Of a stretch of 64,000 nt of DNA, positions 34,956 through 47,433 are shown piece by piece; position 1 is the stretch's first letter; every line of letters begins with the position of its first letter. The DNA is from Nemertoderma westbladi. Its lineage: Eukaryota > Animalia > Xenacoelomorpha. The DNA is taken from the NCBI GenBank assembly GCA_032718475.1, contig JAUCBJ010000697.1:45723-109722 (forward strand), given 5' to 3'. The notes under the pieces were generated by a model. That model made no database searches, had not been told where the DNA came from, and saw nothing but the letters and a program-made list of their open reading frames with translations. The position numbers were made by a program, and so were the translations under genes.

Positions 34956-37900
34956 TTACGTTGGGGAGTCCCTAGATGTTTGTTGGATTAGGGAGGTGGT
35001 CGTGTGAAGAGTATCTTGCCTTCCATAGTTTCCGGACAGTTCTCGGTCTCTTTCCAGTAAACATAAACGACCAACTGGGCGATTGAGTTGTTGTGTTTCG
35101 AATACAATTCCAGGTTTCCTCTTCGTCCTGGAATAGTGACGATAGAAACATCGCTTCAAATACACGACGGCCTTACAAAGCCGATTCCAGGAGCTATAGT
35201 GGTCCATCGCTCCCGGCAGGAGAGGTGAGAGTCCCTGCGAGACGTCTGGTGTTCCAGATCTCCAGTCTCTCTCTCTGATCTCCACAACAGATCTGTTCGC
35301 GGTGGGGGAGTTTAGATCCACAGCGTCGTCCCTGGCAATGTGTAGTACAGACAGATCTATCACGGGTTTAAATAACCTTGATTTACTCGTCCGGGTTTTA
35401 GGTTTGACTTTCTCCGCTCCCTTGGCTTGTCTACTCTCAGCCGTGGTAAGATGGGGAGGCCATTCATCTTCTTTACTTAGGAAGTCGGGTCCACCTAACC
35501 AGTCTAGAGTATCTGTCAGTTCTTGAGGAGTTGCTCCTCTGGAAGCGATGTCGGCTAGATTAATCGTCTCGGGGCAATGTCTCCATTGATCTACATTAGA
35601 GTTAATATCGTCATTATCTGAGGAGTATGGTGTTCCCTCAGTTGTGGTCGTCTCTCCCTCACTGATGTCTTCTTCCCATTCACTCTCCTGATGGACCTGA
35701 TCTTTGGGTAGCCTTTCCAGGAGTGTCCTACGGGAAGGTCCAGTGAAGTACCAACCTACTCTTGTTCTTCCCGCATAGGTTTGCAATGGTTGCGGTCGAG
35801 CAGGCCATTTCTCTAATGTCTCAAGCGCCTAATGCGCATTTTGGTCGATGAGTATCTGTACCCCTGGGTAGTCGGTGTTGAATCTAGGTATCTCATGCTG
35901 CTGGGTGAAATCGTCTTCATCCCAGTTATAAGGTTCCACATGTCTGGTAGCGAAGTTCTTTATCGCCACCATTTTTACTAACCTTATACTGTGTTTTCCT
36001 AGTTCATCCTGGGGGGTGGACAACGCGCCTACATAGTAATCTGTAGTTACTGTAGATTTCCAAACCTGCATAATTCCTGACATGTTCAACTTAGTTCGGA
36101 ACTTGGGTTGTCCAGCAAAGATGTCTTCGGCTAGTTCTTTGTCGATGAATGTTCCTGTGCTGCCGGAGTCAAGGAGGGCGTTCACTATATAGCTCTTTGC
36201 TGGCCCATGGACTCTCAACTGCACTACGGGAAATTCTCGGATTCCTACGTTGGAAGTTGGTGTTTTCCAAGATGGTTGTCGGTCAGGAGTAGTTAGGGGG
36301 AGCTCACTCTTGGTTTCCTTCTCATACGTAAGTGCTCGATACACACGTTTTCGTCGGAGAATTCATCCGTATAGAATCCTTCCATCTCAGAACTTTGATC
36401 AGTGTCGTTCACATCACTGAATTGGACATGTAGTTCGGACTCACTTACCTGACTCGGGCTGTTTCTTTCGAATTCAGTGTGCAACAAGATATGATGTTTC
36501 GCGCCACACTTTGCACACCTTGCGTCGGAGTAACAGGCTTGTCTGAAGCAATTATAACACAACCGCTTATCCCACATGACTTCACGTCTATCTTTTAGTG
36601 ATTTCTTTAAAAATTTATCACACACACTTAAACGGTGGGGCCCGTCGCACAGTGCACATTTTGGTTTGATGTTACTCACCTTACCTTGGGTAACGTTGTG
36701 CACTCTCGTTCTTTCCTCGGGTTTTCTTCCGTGAACTCTATTAGGAGATGTAGGAGGAGTTTTTGTTGCCTGTTCTCTCCTGTCATTGGTTCGAGACTTA
36801 AATTTACTTACGTCTTTAGGCACTTTGTTGACATAGTAAGATCTTTCAGTGTCTTTCCCGCTGTCCTCTTCTTGAGAAGCCTGGCTTTCGCCGTCGTCTG
36901 TATAACACACTGGTGTTACCTTTCTCCTAGAAACGGGTTTCTCACTTACCTTATTTTCCGGCGTCTTCTCTCTGGACTGCTTTAGGAGCTGTAATTTTAC
37001 CTCTCCATCTAAGAATGACATGAGATCAGCCATGGTAGGGTCTCTTCGTTGTTGTTCCATCATATATAAGACTTTCTTGTCCCAGCGTGTACCTACTCCA
37101 CCCTTTGGTAAAGTAGAGGCCACGGCTCCAATAACCATAGAACTCTGATATTCATGAGACTTACCTAGCCAATCTAGTTGTCTACAGATCTCTTGAATCT
37201 CATCGGAAAACTCTATAATCCTGCTGCTAATGAACTTTCGGGGCGCTACCAATTTTGCATACAAATACCTAGCTATGTTATTCCTATTACCATACCTGAT
37301 GTTTAGTGTATCCCAAACTTGTCTTAATCCATCTGGATGTCCAATAAACTTTAACGCCATTAACTTGGGAGATCCTTCCAAGCACTCGATGAGGAATCTA
37401 AGTTTCTCTCCGTTAGATAGCACAGAGTTCTGTATGTTATCTTCATAATATTCATTCATTAAATATTCATTAAAGGGGTATTTATCGTAGGGGTAACGGT
37501 CTTATTAGGAAGTTCTCCCATTGTACTACTCAGGTCAAAAATGTATTATTTATTTCATTCTGTACGGGCATATATGGGTGCAATTTATGGAACACTTATA
37601 CAGTATCTGTTATGAACTCAATTAAAATGGCTTACCATAGAATATTTAGGAAACTTCATCGGCTACCATTTAACTGCAGTGCGTCGGAAATGTTTACATT
37701 TAATCGGGTGCCTAGTTTTTTATGTGTACGTCGAAGGTCGGCATTCAGCCTTCGTCGTCGTGTGTTAAACTCTAATAACCTAATTATTAGTAATGTGCGG
37801 CAATTGCGATTTATATATAAGTCCCCAATTTGGGATGTTATGAATTACCTACTATTCTAGTTAGTTGTATTATATTAATATTAATTAATTACTGTTAAAA

Positions 37901-38410
37901 TCCCCTAATGTATAAAATTATTGTGCTATTTTTGTCTGTTGTATTGTGTAATGTCGTGTTTTAATGGGCAAAGTCCCCGAATATAAAGTACTATAGTAGT
38001 AGCGCTGAATTAAAAGGTAACCATTTCATCTCATCTCCATTGAACTTGACGATCTCTCCCACCTTTACCGCTTGACGGGCTTCGGTTCTAGCCATTTGAC
38101 GCGTAAAACTTTCTTGGGCCATCGTGTTATTTAATATCGAGTTATCGGTATATAAATTTCTCGGATTATGATCAGGTCTATATGGAATATCATTGTCAAC
38201 AGGTTTATAATTACCCTTAATAGGGTTTACTATAGGAGTTTCTACTTCACTAGCAGTATAGATGCGTGTAGGCTCCACACCTTGCGCATGAAATACTTCA
38301 GACCTAACAGGTTGACACATTGTTACAGGGGGTGGTGGTATACCCTTTTGTGTATTTACAAATTTATCGCGTTCTAACGCGATGCTCTGCTGCACTTCTT
38401 GAACTCTAAC
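34956..38410 (-). pseudogene. B1 gag-protease 3' part with RNase H/IN remnants
   Basis: Fragment ORFs 37991..38395, 36293..37459, 35829..36344 (LLDSGS) and 34956..35786 (QWRHC, ADIASRG, RLCLLE) are colinear with the B2 ORF. Confidence 0.9.
37460..38002 (+). mobile_element. 3' fragment of a non-LTR retrotransposon inserted in B1 gag
   Basis: Absent from the homologous B2 position. ORF YHRIFRKLHRLPFNCSASEMF is typical of a LINE RT C-terminus, followed by an AT-rich 3' UTR. Boundaries are approximate. Confidence 0.7.
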
Positions 38411-39641
38411 TGTTCGCGCTTTTGAAGACCTTTAGCAGTTTAACCTGCCAAATTTTATATGTCTTTTAGTTAATTAAAACCACTTTAGCATACGACAATA
38501 ATTTATGCTAATACGCAAAACATTAGCCGAAATCAGCCCATGCGCGATCATTCACCCGATGGATCTACACCCGGGAGACTGAATTCGGATGCTTGAATTG
38601 TATTATTACAGTGTAAGGTTGCAGTGTAAACTTACTGTATTATTCGATAGATCGTTATTAATTAATCTCTGACAGGTATTATTGGCTTTCGGGAAATATT
38701 AACAGTTCCTTTAGGACGTGGCGCTTTATCTATTTAAACAGAACTAAGACTTATACTAAACGCAACGATACTGCTTGGGATTGAAGTATAAAGCGTATTC
38801 TTTAGGAAATACTTTGTTACCAATCACAATCATACACACTATTCTGCCGACAGTCAGTACATTTGATCACACATAAAGAGAGCAGTAATTGACTCACGTA
38901 GGGTCTGCTAAATAACATTGGATTCAATACACACCACATTAATATAAATCGCAATTGTTATGTATAGCCGGTCTCTCTAACCTGTAGTGTTATCAAGAAA
39001 ATTGGGAATTGGGTGATTTATCCGTATTATCCAAATAGCGATATTTCCATCAACAAATATTTACAATTAATAACTGACGGTAAAATAACAGTACAAACAA
39101 TATGATTAATGAGTTAGGTGATATTCGATTCGTGAGATTAGGTAACAGTTTATACTTTCGATAATTCAAGCAGTTTACGGTACAGCAGTATCTATCCAAA
39201 AATGCTGGTGTTTCTGGCTTAGACAGCAATAACAACAAAGTATCAAGAAAAAACAGTAAGACTGAACACTCTCCTTATGATCGGCAGAAAAGCTACACGT
39301 CGACAGGAAAAACCGCCCTGATTGGCCCAAGCCAAACAAAGAACCACGCGGCCAATGGCTGTTTCCATGTCAGCAACCAGCTGCTAGATGTCGTAATATG
39401 AATCATCACGGCTAAACTGTGAAAGGTGGTTGATGCATTACAAGTTTTTTGTCTTACCATGTCCGCTAAAACACGTATATAGCAGAATGATTTTTATGTC
39501 CGTTAAAACACCTGTAAAGGTACCTTGCGGGCGAGGGGAATATATATACAGTTAGGAAACCCTTTTTAGAGTATTCCAGCGCCTGGGGGGGAACTGGCCA
39601 GCAAAGGCAAACGTATCAGTTATCCCACAAAAGCTTTTACA
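38411..39641 (-). repeat. B2 3' LTR
   Basis: TGTAAAAG...CGCGAACA on -. PPT GGGAGCGG at 39649-39642. Confidence 0.95.
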
Positions 39642-39719
39642 CCGCTCCCAGAAAATGGGATTTAAGTCTATAAAATATACAAAATCACAGTTTCTAAAAT
39701 ACAAAAATACTCTAAACAG

Positions 39720-41169
39720 TTAGTCTTTCTTGCGCGGACGGCGTTTACGCAGTTTTTTGAAGCTAGCAAGAGTCCTTTTCTCTTTGGGGCGAGCCACTTT
39801 ACTAGGAGGGCTATAACTCCTGGGTGAAGGGTGCAATATGATTGCATCAGAAGGTATGGGATTGCGATCGGTATATCCGCCGGTCGAAGTACCGGGTTGA
39901 TGGACATCAACGTCCGGGGAGAGGGGTCTAACGGCTTTGAGAGCTCGTTTCAAGACAGCCGCTCTTACGGGTCCTTTACGAGTGGTCTGAACGAGGGCCG
40001 TGGGTGGACCATAGGCAGTTAGAAACTTCCTTGGTTTAATGGTTCTTTCTAACTCGCGTTCGCGGGCTCGATACTCGTAAGGCCGTCGATATACCTCTTG
40101 TAACTCAGGGTGTGAGTTGACGAATAAGTCTCCATAGGCAGGGTCTTGACGGATAAAGTTTATTAAGTTGTAAGACTGGATGTCACTCGGATTAATGCTC
40201 CTGAGAAATTTACGTACATATTTGGTTGAAATACATTCTCCAACGCGCTTCAATAGTTCATAACTTGATAGGCGCGATTTCTGCTCGACGGAGGCAAACA
40301 AATATGGATGGAACGCATAAACTCCTTCGTAGGCGCGTCCGGGATAATAGCGATGGCGTGAGTCACAATGTAAATCAGCGTTCGCTTCCCAAGCTCTGAT
40401 ATAACGTAGTGTGATCATTTCATCTACGCTTTCCAAATCGCGATTAAAAAGGGCAATCGAAACTGGCGTGTCCCTTTAGTTGACAGTGGTGACATTGAGT
40501 CATAAATTGAGGGCAAACCGCAAAAATATGCAAATTATTAAATCTGCAATACGCGCAATAAATTTCCATCGCCGGTTGTTCGTGGAAATAGGAACAGCGG
40601 ACGTTTGTGTCCATGGGCGTAACATGGTCTCTCGATGCGCATAACCGACAACGTTGCCGAGAAACATAGTTGGCATGGCGATAATCGTACGCAGTGAGAC
40701 ACTGTGGACCTTGATACCATTCTAGGATGTAATCGTTGTCGTTGTTCCGAGCGCGATAGGCTGAATCTCTTCAGATTCCAGACATATTGGTTCGTCTTCC
40801 CAGTCTGTTACGAATAGAATTTTCGTGATCTATTCTCTGTTTATCGTTACGACTCCGCTGGGTATGATATTTAAATAGAACCATTTCCCTTTCGGTGTAT
40901 ACATCGTCCGTATCATGTAAATCGGTAGGATGGCCGGTAGTTAAAAAGTCCATATACGTACCATTACGATTCGTATAGCGAGCGGTGAATTTTCTATAGT
41001 CCAATTCACGCGTAAGTTGTTCCTGGGACATCGGCGGTTCGATATAACGACCATCGTCCTCCGTAATAGTCGGATCGGCTTCACCGCGTATCAAGCTATC
41101 CACAAACGCTTGTAAAGGTAGAGTATATCGCTCCCTGATACCAAGGTCATCTTCTATCAATTCCGTCAT
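39720..41169 (-). pseudogene. B2 accessory zinc-knuckle ORF (~480 aa; one TGA at 40773-40771, one frameshift at ~40446)
   Basis: Manual translation past the TGA gives ...RCRLCASRDH...IYCAYCRFNNLHIFAVCPQFMTQCHHCQLKGHASFDCPF. Removing one T joins it to ORF 39720..40436. Confidence 0.8.
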
Positions 41170-42789
41170 ATCTGCTATCTGAGTTTATTAATATCAATAT
41201 GAGTTAATATTTTAGGCAAGCGGGCGTTGCTGCCTACTAGGCTTTGCCCCCGGACAGTGGGTTTCTCAGCGCCGATGTACCGCTGTCGCAGTGTTTACGC
41301 CAACATGTAGCACAGCACGACAACGATAACCGGCACAAGTCCCACCACTGTCCGTCCCAAAGGCTTGAATCCACTTGAGGTTATCTCGGTAGAGTTAGGG
41401 CTATTTTACAATTGCGATTAGCTACTGTAAACACACTTTAGTAGTAACATTCACCTATAAACGCACAAATTCCATACAATCATTACTTACTGCACACATG
41501 CATACCATTTGTCCGTTAGTCAGTGTCTTCCAGAATGTCACGTATTTACTATGTATCCTTGGATACTAATAGTGCGCTATGTATACTCTTATGCTACGCA
41601 ATGGGGCAAGCTTTTTATTGTTCTTTTAACTTGCTTCTAATTCTAGCGTGGGTGTTGCCATGGTGACATTATGGAAAACTAGCGGTAGAATTAGGGCAAT
41701 CCTCATGCATACAGATCTGGGATGTTATTTAATAGTAATTCTTTAATTGTCAATATCCTCTTTATGCATGATTTTATAAATTTTTTATCGGCTATTGACT
41801 ATATGTTGGAGATTCTCACACTCTAGCACACTCAATATGAATCTCCGCTCCCATGATCTATTAATTACTGGAATTTTGGGAATGTTATAAATTGCACAAA
41901 ATGACAATTTATGAAATTCATTCGAATATGAATTTAAATTTATTCCCGTGAATTTTATTATTTGATATTAAATTGACACAATTTGATTCCAGAGCAGGTC
42001 TGGGGACATAGGATCCTTAATTCTATGAAATTTGTCTTTTAAGAGTATCGGTAAGTGCTACGATATCTTAATCGACTAGAATTGTTAACGGATCTGAATT
42101 TTACAGATTTTAATAAATATTAAATTAATATTTAGGATGGGCACCAATTTATTCCAGAACTTGTCTGGGGACGTTAACCACTGATTCTAGAATTTGTCTT
42201 TCAAGTATATCGGTGGGTGCCACGATATCTTAATCGACTAGAATTACAGATGGTCAAAAGTTTAACAGATTTATTTGCGATTTACGCTACTGTTAGAGGG
42301 ACATCACGCTACTATATGTATTATTTGTTATAAGGTAGAAGAGCAATATCGCACGAAGCAATGTCAGTGTGAAGAGGCAAGTCGTTTCCAAGGTCTACCC
42401 AGAGCTTGGTTTAACCGAGACACGAGGATCTGAACTTTGCATTCCTAATACTCTGCCTACCAATAATACTTAAATATAGTAGTGGCTTTATTGTACTTTA
42501 AGAAGTACTGACATGTCATCTTACTATAGTCTCGCATTTATAATATAATACGGACAGTAAGGAAAGAGAAAAATAATTATTTCTTGCCGTCGCACTAAAT
42601 ATATTGTAAGTAATTAAATACGTAATAAACACTAATATATTGCACTAATTTACTAAATATTCTAAAATAACATTCTACTAAATAAAATTAAAGAAAACGA
42701 TTATAATAAAATTACATAATAATACATACATAAATATAAAATAAAAACAAATATAAAATGATATAGTCACACGCCCACTCCACATGCTA

Positions 42790-45700
42790 TCACGTTATGG
42801 AGTCCCTAGATATTTGTCGGATTAGGGAAGTAGTCGTAGGAAGAGTATCTTGCCTTCCATAGTTTCCGGACAGTTTTCGGTCTCTTTCCAGTAAACATAA
42901 ACGACTAGCTGGGCGATTGAGTGGTTGTGTTAGTTTCTCCGCTCCCTTGGCCTGTCTACTCTCCGCCATGGTAAGATGAGGAGGCCATTCTTCTTCTTCT
43001 TTACTTAAGAAGTCGGATCCACCTAACCAGCCTGGAGTATCTATCAGTTCTTGAGGAGTTGCTCCTCTGGAAGCGATGTCGGCTGGATTAATCGTCCCAA
43101 GGCAATGTCTCCATTGATCTACATTGGAGTTAATATCGTCATTATCTGAGGAGTATGGTGTTCCCTCAGTTGGGTCGTCCACATCACTGCTCTCCACTTC
43201 CCCCTTTACTTGGTATACCTGTTGTTGAGGTAATCTCTCTTTGAGAGTTCTACGGGAAGGGCCAGTGAAGTACCAACCTACTCTAGTTCTTACCGCATAG
43301 GTTTGTAGTGGCTGTGGTTGAGCAGGCCGTTTCTCTAATGGCTCGAGCGCCTCATGCGCGTTTTGGCCGATGAGTATTTGCACTCCAGGATAATCGGTTT
43401 GGAATCGAGGTATCTCAAGATGTTGGATGCACTCGTCCTCGTCCCAGTTATAAGGTTCTGCTTGAGTAGTAGCAAAGTTCTTTATAGCCACCATTTTTAC
43501 TGACCTTATACCTTGTGTTCCTAACTTATCCTGGGGGGTGGACAACACACCTACATAGTAATCTGCCGTTAGGGTAGATTTCCAAACCTGCATAATTCCT
43601 GACATATTCAATTTAGTCCGGAACTTGGGTTGTCCAGCAAAGATATCTTCGGCTAGTTCTTGATCGATGAATGTTCCTGTGCTGCCGGAGTCAAGTAGGG
43701 CGTTCACTATGTAACTCTTGTTGGGACCATGAACTCGAACTTGCACTACAGGAAATTCTCTTATTCCTATGTTGGAAGTTGGAACTTTCCAAGATGGTTG
43801 TTTGTCAAAAGGAGTTGGAGTAAACTCGTCAGTGTCCTTTTCATCCGTAAGTGCTCGATACACTGTGGTATTTATTAGATAACAGGATTCGTTGGCATCG
43901 GAGAATTCGTCTGTATAGAATCCTTCCCACTCAGAACCTTGGTCAGTGTCGTTCACATCACTGAATTGGACATGTAATTCGGGCTCACTTACCTGACTCG
44001 GGTTGTCTCGTTCGAACTCACTGTGTAACAAAATGTGATGTTTCGCGCCACACTTTGCACACTTTGCGTCGGAGTAACAGGTTCGCCGTTGGTGTCCTGA
44101 TCTGAGGCAATTATAGCATAACCGCTTATTCCACAGGACTGTACGTCTGTCTACAGGAGATTTCTTTAGAAATTCAGCACACGCACTCAAACGGTGAGGC
44201 CCGTCGCACAGCGCACATTTTGGTTTGATGTTACTCACCTTAACTTGGTTAACGTTATGCACTCTCGTTCTTTCTTCGGGCTTTCTTCCGTGAATTCTCT
44301 TAGGAGACGTAGGAGGAGTTGTTGTTACCTGTTCTCTCCTGTCACTGGTTCGAGACTTGTATTTACTTACGTCTTTATAGGTCTTGTTGTCATAGTAAGA
44401 TTTTGCTGTGTCTTTCCCGCTGTCCTCTTCTTGAGAAGCTTGGCTTTCGCCGTCGTCAGTATAACACACTGGTATTATCCTTCTCCTAGAATCGGGTTTC
44501 TCACTTACCTTATTTTCCGATGTTTTCTCTCTGGCCTGCCTTATGAGTTGTAATTTTACTTCACTATCTAAGAAAGACATGAGATCAGCCATGGTAGGAC
44601 TTCGTCGTTGTTGTTCATTCATGTACAACACTTTCTTGTCCCAGCGTGTACATACTCCACCCTTTGGTAAAGTAGAGACTACGGCTCCAATAACCATGGA
44701 ACTCTGGTATTCGTGCGACTTACCTAACCAGTCCAGTTGTCTACAGATCTCTTGTATTTCATCGGAAAACTCTATAATCCCACTACTAAGGAAGTGCCGG
44801 GGGGCTACCAATTTTGTATACAAATACTTAGCTATGTTATCTTTGTTACCATACCTGATGTTTAATGTATCCCAAACTTGTCTTAATCCATCTGGATGTC
44901 CAATAAACTTTAACGCCATTAACTTGGGAGGTCCTTCCAAACACTTGATGAGAAATCTAAGTTTCTCTCCGTTAGATAGTACAGAGTTCTGTATGCTATC
45001 TTTGTAATATTCGTTGAAAGGTAACCATTTCATCTCATCTCCATTGAATTTGACGATCTCTCCCACTTTGACCGCTTGGCGGGCTTCTGTTCTAGCCATC
45101 TGACGCGTAAAGCTTTCTTGGGCCATCGTGTTATTTAATATCGAATTATCGGTATACAAATTTCTCGGATCATTATCAGGTCTATAGGGAATATCATTAA
45201 TAACAGGTCTATAATCACCCTTAATAGGGTTTGTTATAGGGGTTTCAACTTCACTAGCAGTATAGATGCGTGTAGGCTCCACACCTTGCGCATGTAATAC
45301 TTCAGACCTAACGGGTTGACACAATGTTACAGGGGGCATTGGTATGCCTTTTTGTATATTGACTAATTTGTCGCGTTCTAGCGCGATACTTTGCTGCACT
45401 TCTTGCAACTCTGCTCTACTTTCCCTCACTGTTCCCTTAAGTTGGTGGACAGTCTCCTGCATCTGTCCTAGCAGAAGATTCATCCCCCGCCGTCCCTCTT
45501 CCACCCACTCAACCGCCGAAGCGGGAGTCGCCAACATAGTAGCGGGCTGACGCGGGACGACGGGAGACAAATTATTGATTTCTCTCTCTGCTATCTGGAC
45601 AGGGGTGTTTGCATGGGCTGTTCCACCGGGTACAGGCAGTGTAGTGCTATGTAAAGGGAATTTAGAGTTAAGCTCTGGAAGTGTAGGGGTCTCTAGCACA

Positions 45701-47433
45701 GAAGTGACTTTGGGAATTACAGGCCTAATTATTTCAGGTTCATCGACTATAGTAGGGAGTCTTTTGACCTGGATAAATTGTTCTATAGGTTCTGCCCTAC
45801 CTAAATCTGTGCTAGTTAGCTGTCTTTTAACAGCTGGGGGCAAATCAGGCAATTTACGACGGTAATATGTTTTTCTACGCCTACTTAGATGAGATCTATC
45901 TCCTCCGCCTTCAGGGTCTGTAGTATCGCCTTCCTCCGATGATGTGTACCCTTGGCGCTTGGGAGTAGATTTTCTCATCATCTGCATCTGATTAGCAGTA
46001 TACTGTTTATTTATACTGTCTTGTGTCTCTTGCAGATTTTCTAACTCCAGTTGGGTAGTCTGCTCAGATGCTCTCCTTTCTGCTTCTGCCACTGCCTTTG
46101 CCACTTTTCTTTTTGCTTCTACTTCTGCCTCTGCCTCTGCAGCCGCTGCCTTTCTTTCTGCTTCTGCATTTGCCTTTGCCACCGTCTTTGCTGCTTTACT
46201 TTCTGCTTCTGCCTCTGCTATAGCCGCCGCCATAGCCGCCGTTTTTTGTTCCTCTATCCTTCTTTTCTTTATTTGTTCTTCTCGGACTCTAGTGAGACGG
46301 AGTTTTTCATCACATTCAGCTTGGTTTGCAGCTATCATTTCAGTATCGATCGCGTCCAGTATAAGCTTGGTTCCTTCACTACTAGGGGAAAGTCCATGTA
46401 GCCGTCTCCTCAACTCTTCGTCTCCTAGGAATCGCTGATAGTCGGACAAATAAATGTCGATAGCGTCTCTAGTTTGCGGTTTCTCGGCGGCCTCTTCGCT
46501 TTCCGCTTGAGCAAGGGTGACATCAGTTGGTTCGGTGACATCAGTTGGTTCCTCATGGGTTGATCTCTCAGCCAGTTGGGATTTCCAATGGGCTGTTTCC
46601 TGTATTTTGAGATCTACCCGATGTAGCCAAGTTTTGACAGCAACCTGCAGCGACGTGTCCTGTCTTCTTTTGGAAGTTTCCTCAAAGGCTGAGAGGATTA
46701 GTCGAATGCGTAGGGTTCTTTCGCGTATTTGATATAGCAGTTCTTCCTGCTCTTGAGGTCCGTGAGGTTGTCGAAACAGCTGCCCTTCCAATCGCTCCAA
46801 GGATCCGAAGAATCCCTGCACATATCCTGCTGCCGACCTCTTCCAAACAGCTGGATCCATTGTATCTTTTGCCACTCCCATCCTGTGTATATCTTCCCAA
46901 GTAGCCTCAGACAGGTCCAACGGGAGTCCGAGTCCGGGAAAGTTCCATTGTGATTCAACAACAGATATCAATTCTTCCCTGGCGTATCCCGCGTAATCAT
47001 CTTGGGTCGCTTGCTTATTCTTCGCCCAGTCGGCTTGATGTTCCTCCACCGCAATGAGTATAGTAGTTAGTACTGCAGCAGGAAGAGTAAGAAGGGGGTC
47101 CGAGTAGACTGTATCAGCCATCTGCACTCCATGTTCGGGAGTCAACTCTACAGTATCCGAACTGCTGGAGCTATCCGGTCTCTGGGAAGTAGGTTCTTGA
47201 CCAAGATGTTGCTGCGATAGGACAGCTGCCTCTTGGTCCCGTTTTACCTGTGCCCGAGTGCCTATGATGGACCTATGGTGGACTAGCCTAGGGTCTGATA
47301 CTACTGGAGGGATGACCTTTTTTACAGTAGGAGGTGAGCCGAACTTCTCTATTATTCGCTCCACTCTCCTATCTGAATCACAGATAGTGGTCTCGATCAG
47401 ACTGTCCGACAGGTTTTGCTGAGTGTCAGACAT
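42790..47433 (-). CDS. B2 gag-protease polyprotein (1547 aa, intact) ending in RNase H and integrase remnants
   Basis: Coiled coil, KFNGDEMKW gag, three BEL knuckles, LLDSGS, QWRHCLGTINPADIASRG and RPASRLCLLE. No RT YxDD and no IN core. Confidence 0.93.
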   Translation of the reverse strand: MSDTQQNLSDSLIETTICDSDRRVERIIEKFGSPPTVKKVIPPVVSDPRLVHHRSIIGTRAQVKRDQEAAVLSQQHLGQEPTSQRPDSSSSSDTVELTPEHGVQMADTVYSDPLLTLPAAVLTTILIAVEEHQADWAKNKQATQDDYAGYAREELISVVESQWNFPGLGLPLDLSEATWEDIHRMGVAKDTMDPAVWKRSAAGYVQGFFGSLERLEGQLFRQPHGPQEQEELLYQIRERTLRIRLILSAFEETSKRRQDTSLQVAVKTWLHRVDLKIQETAHWKSQLAERSTHEEPTDVTEPTDVTLAQAESEEAAEKPQTRDAIDIYLSDYQRFLGDEELRRRLHGLSPSSEGTKLILDAIDTEMIAANQAECDEKLRLTRVREEQIKKRRIEEQKTAAMAAAIAEAEAESKAAKTVAKANAEAERKAAAAEAEAEVEAKRKVAKAVAEAERRASEQTTQLELENLQETQDSINKQYTANQMQMMRKSTPKRQGYTSSEEGDTTDPEGGGDRSHLSRRRKTYYRRKLPDLPPAVKRQLTSTDLGRAEPIEQFIQVKRLPTIVDEPEIIRPVIPKVTSVLETPTLPELNSKFPLHSTTLPVPGGTAHANTPVQIAEREINNLSPVVPRQPATMLATPASAVEWVEEGRRGMNLLLGQMQETVHQLKGTVRESRAELQEVQQSIALERDKLVNIQKGIPMPPVTLCQPVRSEVLHAQGVEPTRIYTASEVETPITNPIKGDYRPVINDIPYRPDNDPRNLYTDNSILNNTMAQESFTRQMARTEARQAVKVGEIVKFNGDEMKWLPFNEYYKDSIQNSVLSNGEKLRFLIKCLEGPPKLMALKFIGHPDGLRQVWDTLNIRYGNKDNIAKYLYTKLVAPRHFLSSGIIEFSDEIQEICRQLDWLGKSHEYQSSMVIGAVVSTLPKGGVCTRWDKKVLYMNEQQRRSPTMADLMSFLDSEVKLQLIRQAREKTSENKVSEKPDSRRRIIPVCYTDDGESQASQEEDSGKDTAKSYYDNKTYKDVSKYKSRTSDRREQVTTTPPTSPKRIHGRKPEERTRVHNVNQVKVSNIKPKCALCDGPHRLSACAEFLKKSPVDRRTVLWNKRLCYNCLRSGHQRRTCYSDAKCAKCGAKHHILLHSEFERDNPSQVSEPELHVQFSDVNDTDQGSEWEGFYTDEFSDANESCYLINTTVYRALTDEKDTDEFTPTPFDKQPSWKVPTSNIGIREFPVVQVRVHGPNKSYIVNALLDSGSTGTFIDQELAEDIFAGQPKFRTKLNMSGIMQVWKSTLTADYYVGVLSTPQDKLGTQGIRSVKMVAIKNFATTQAEPYNWDEDECIQHLEIPRFQTDYPGVQILIGQNAHEALEPLEKRPAQPQPLQTYAVRTRVGWYFTGPSRRTLKERLPQQQVYQVKGEVESSDVDDPTEGTPYSSDNDDINSNVDQWRHCLGTINPADIASRGATPQELIDTPGWLGGSDFLSKEEEEWPPHLTMAESRQAKGAEKLTQPLNRPASRLCLLERDRKLSGNYGRQDTLPTTTSLIRQISRDSIT

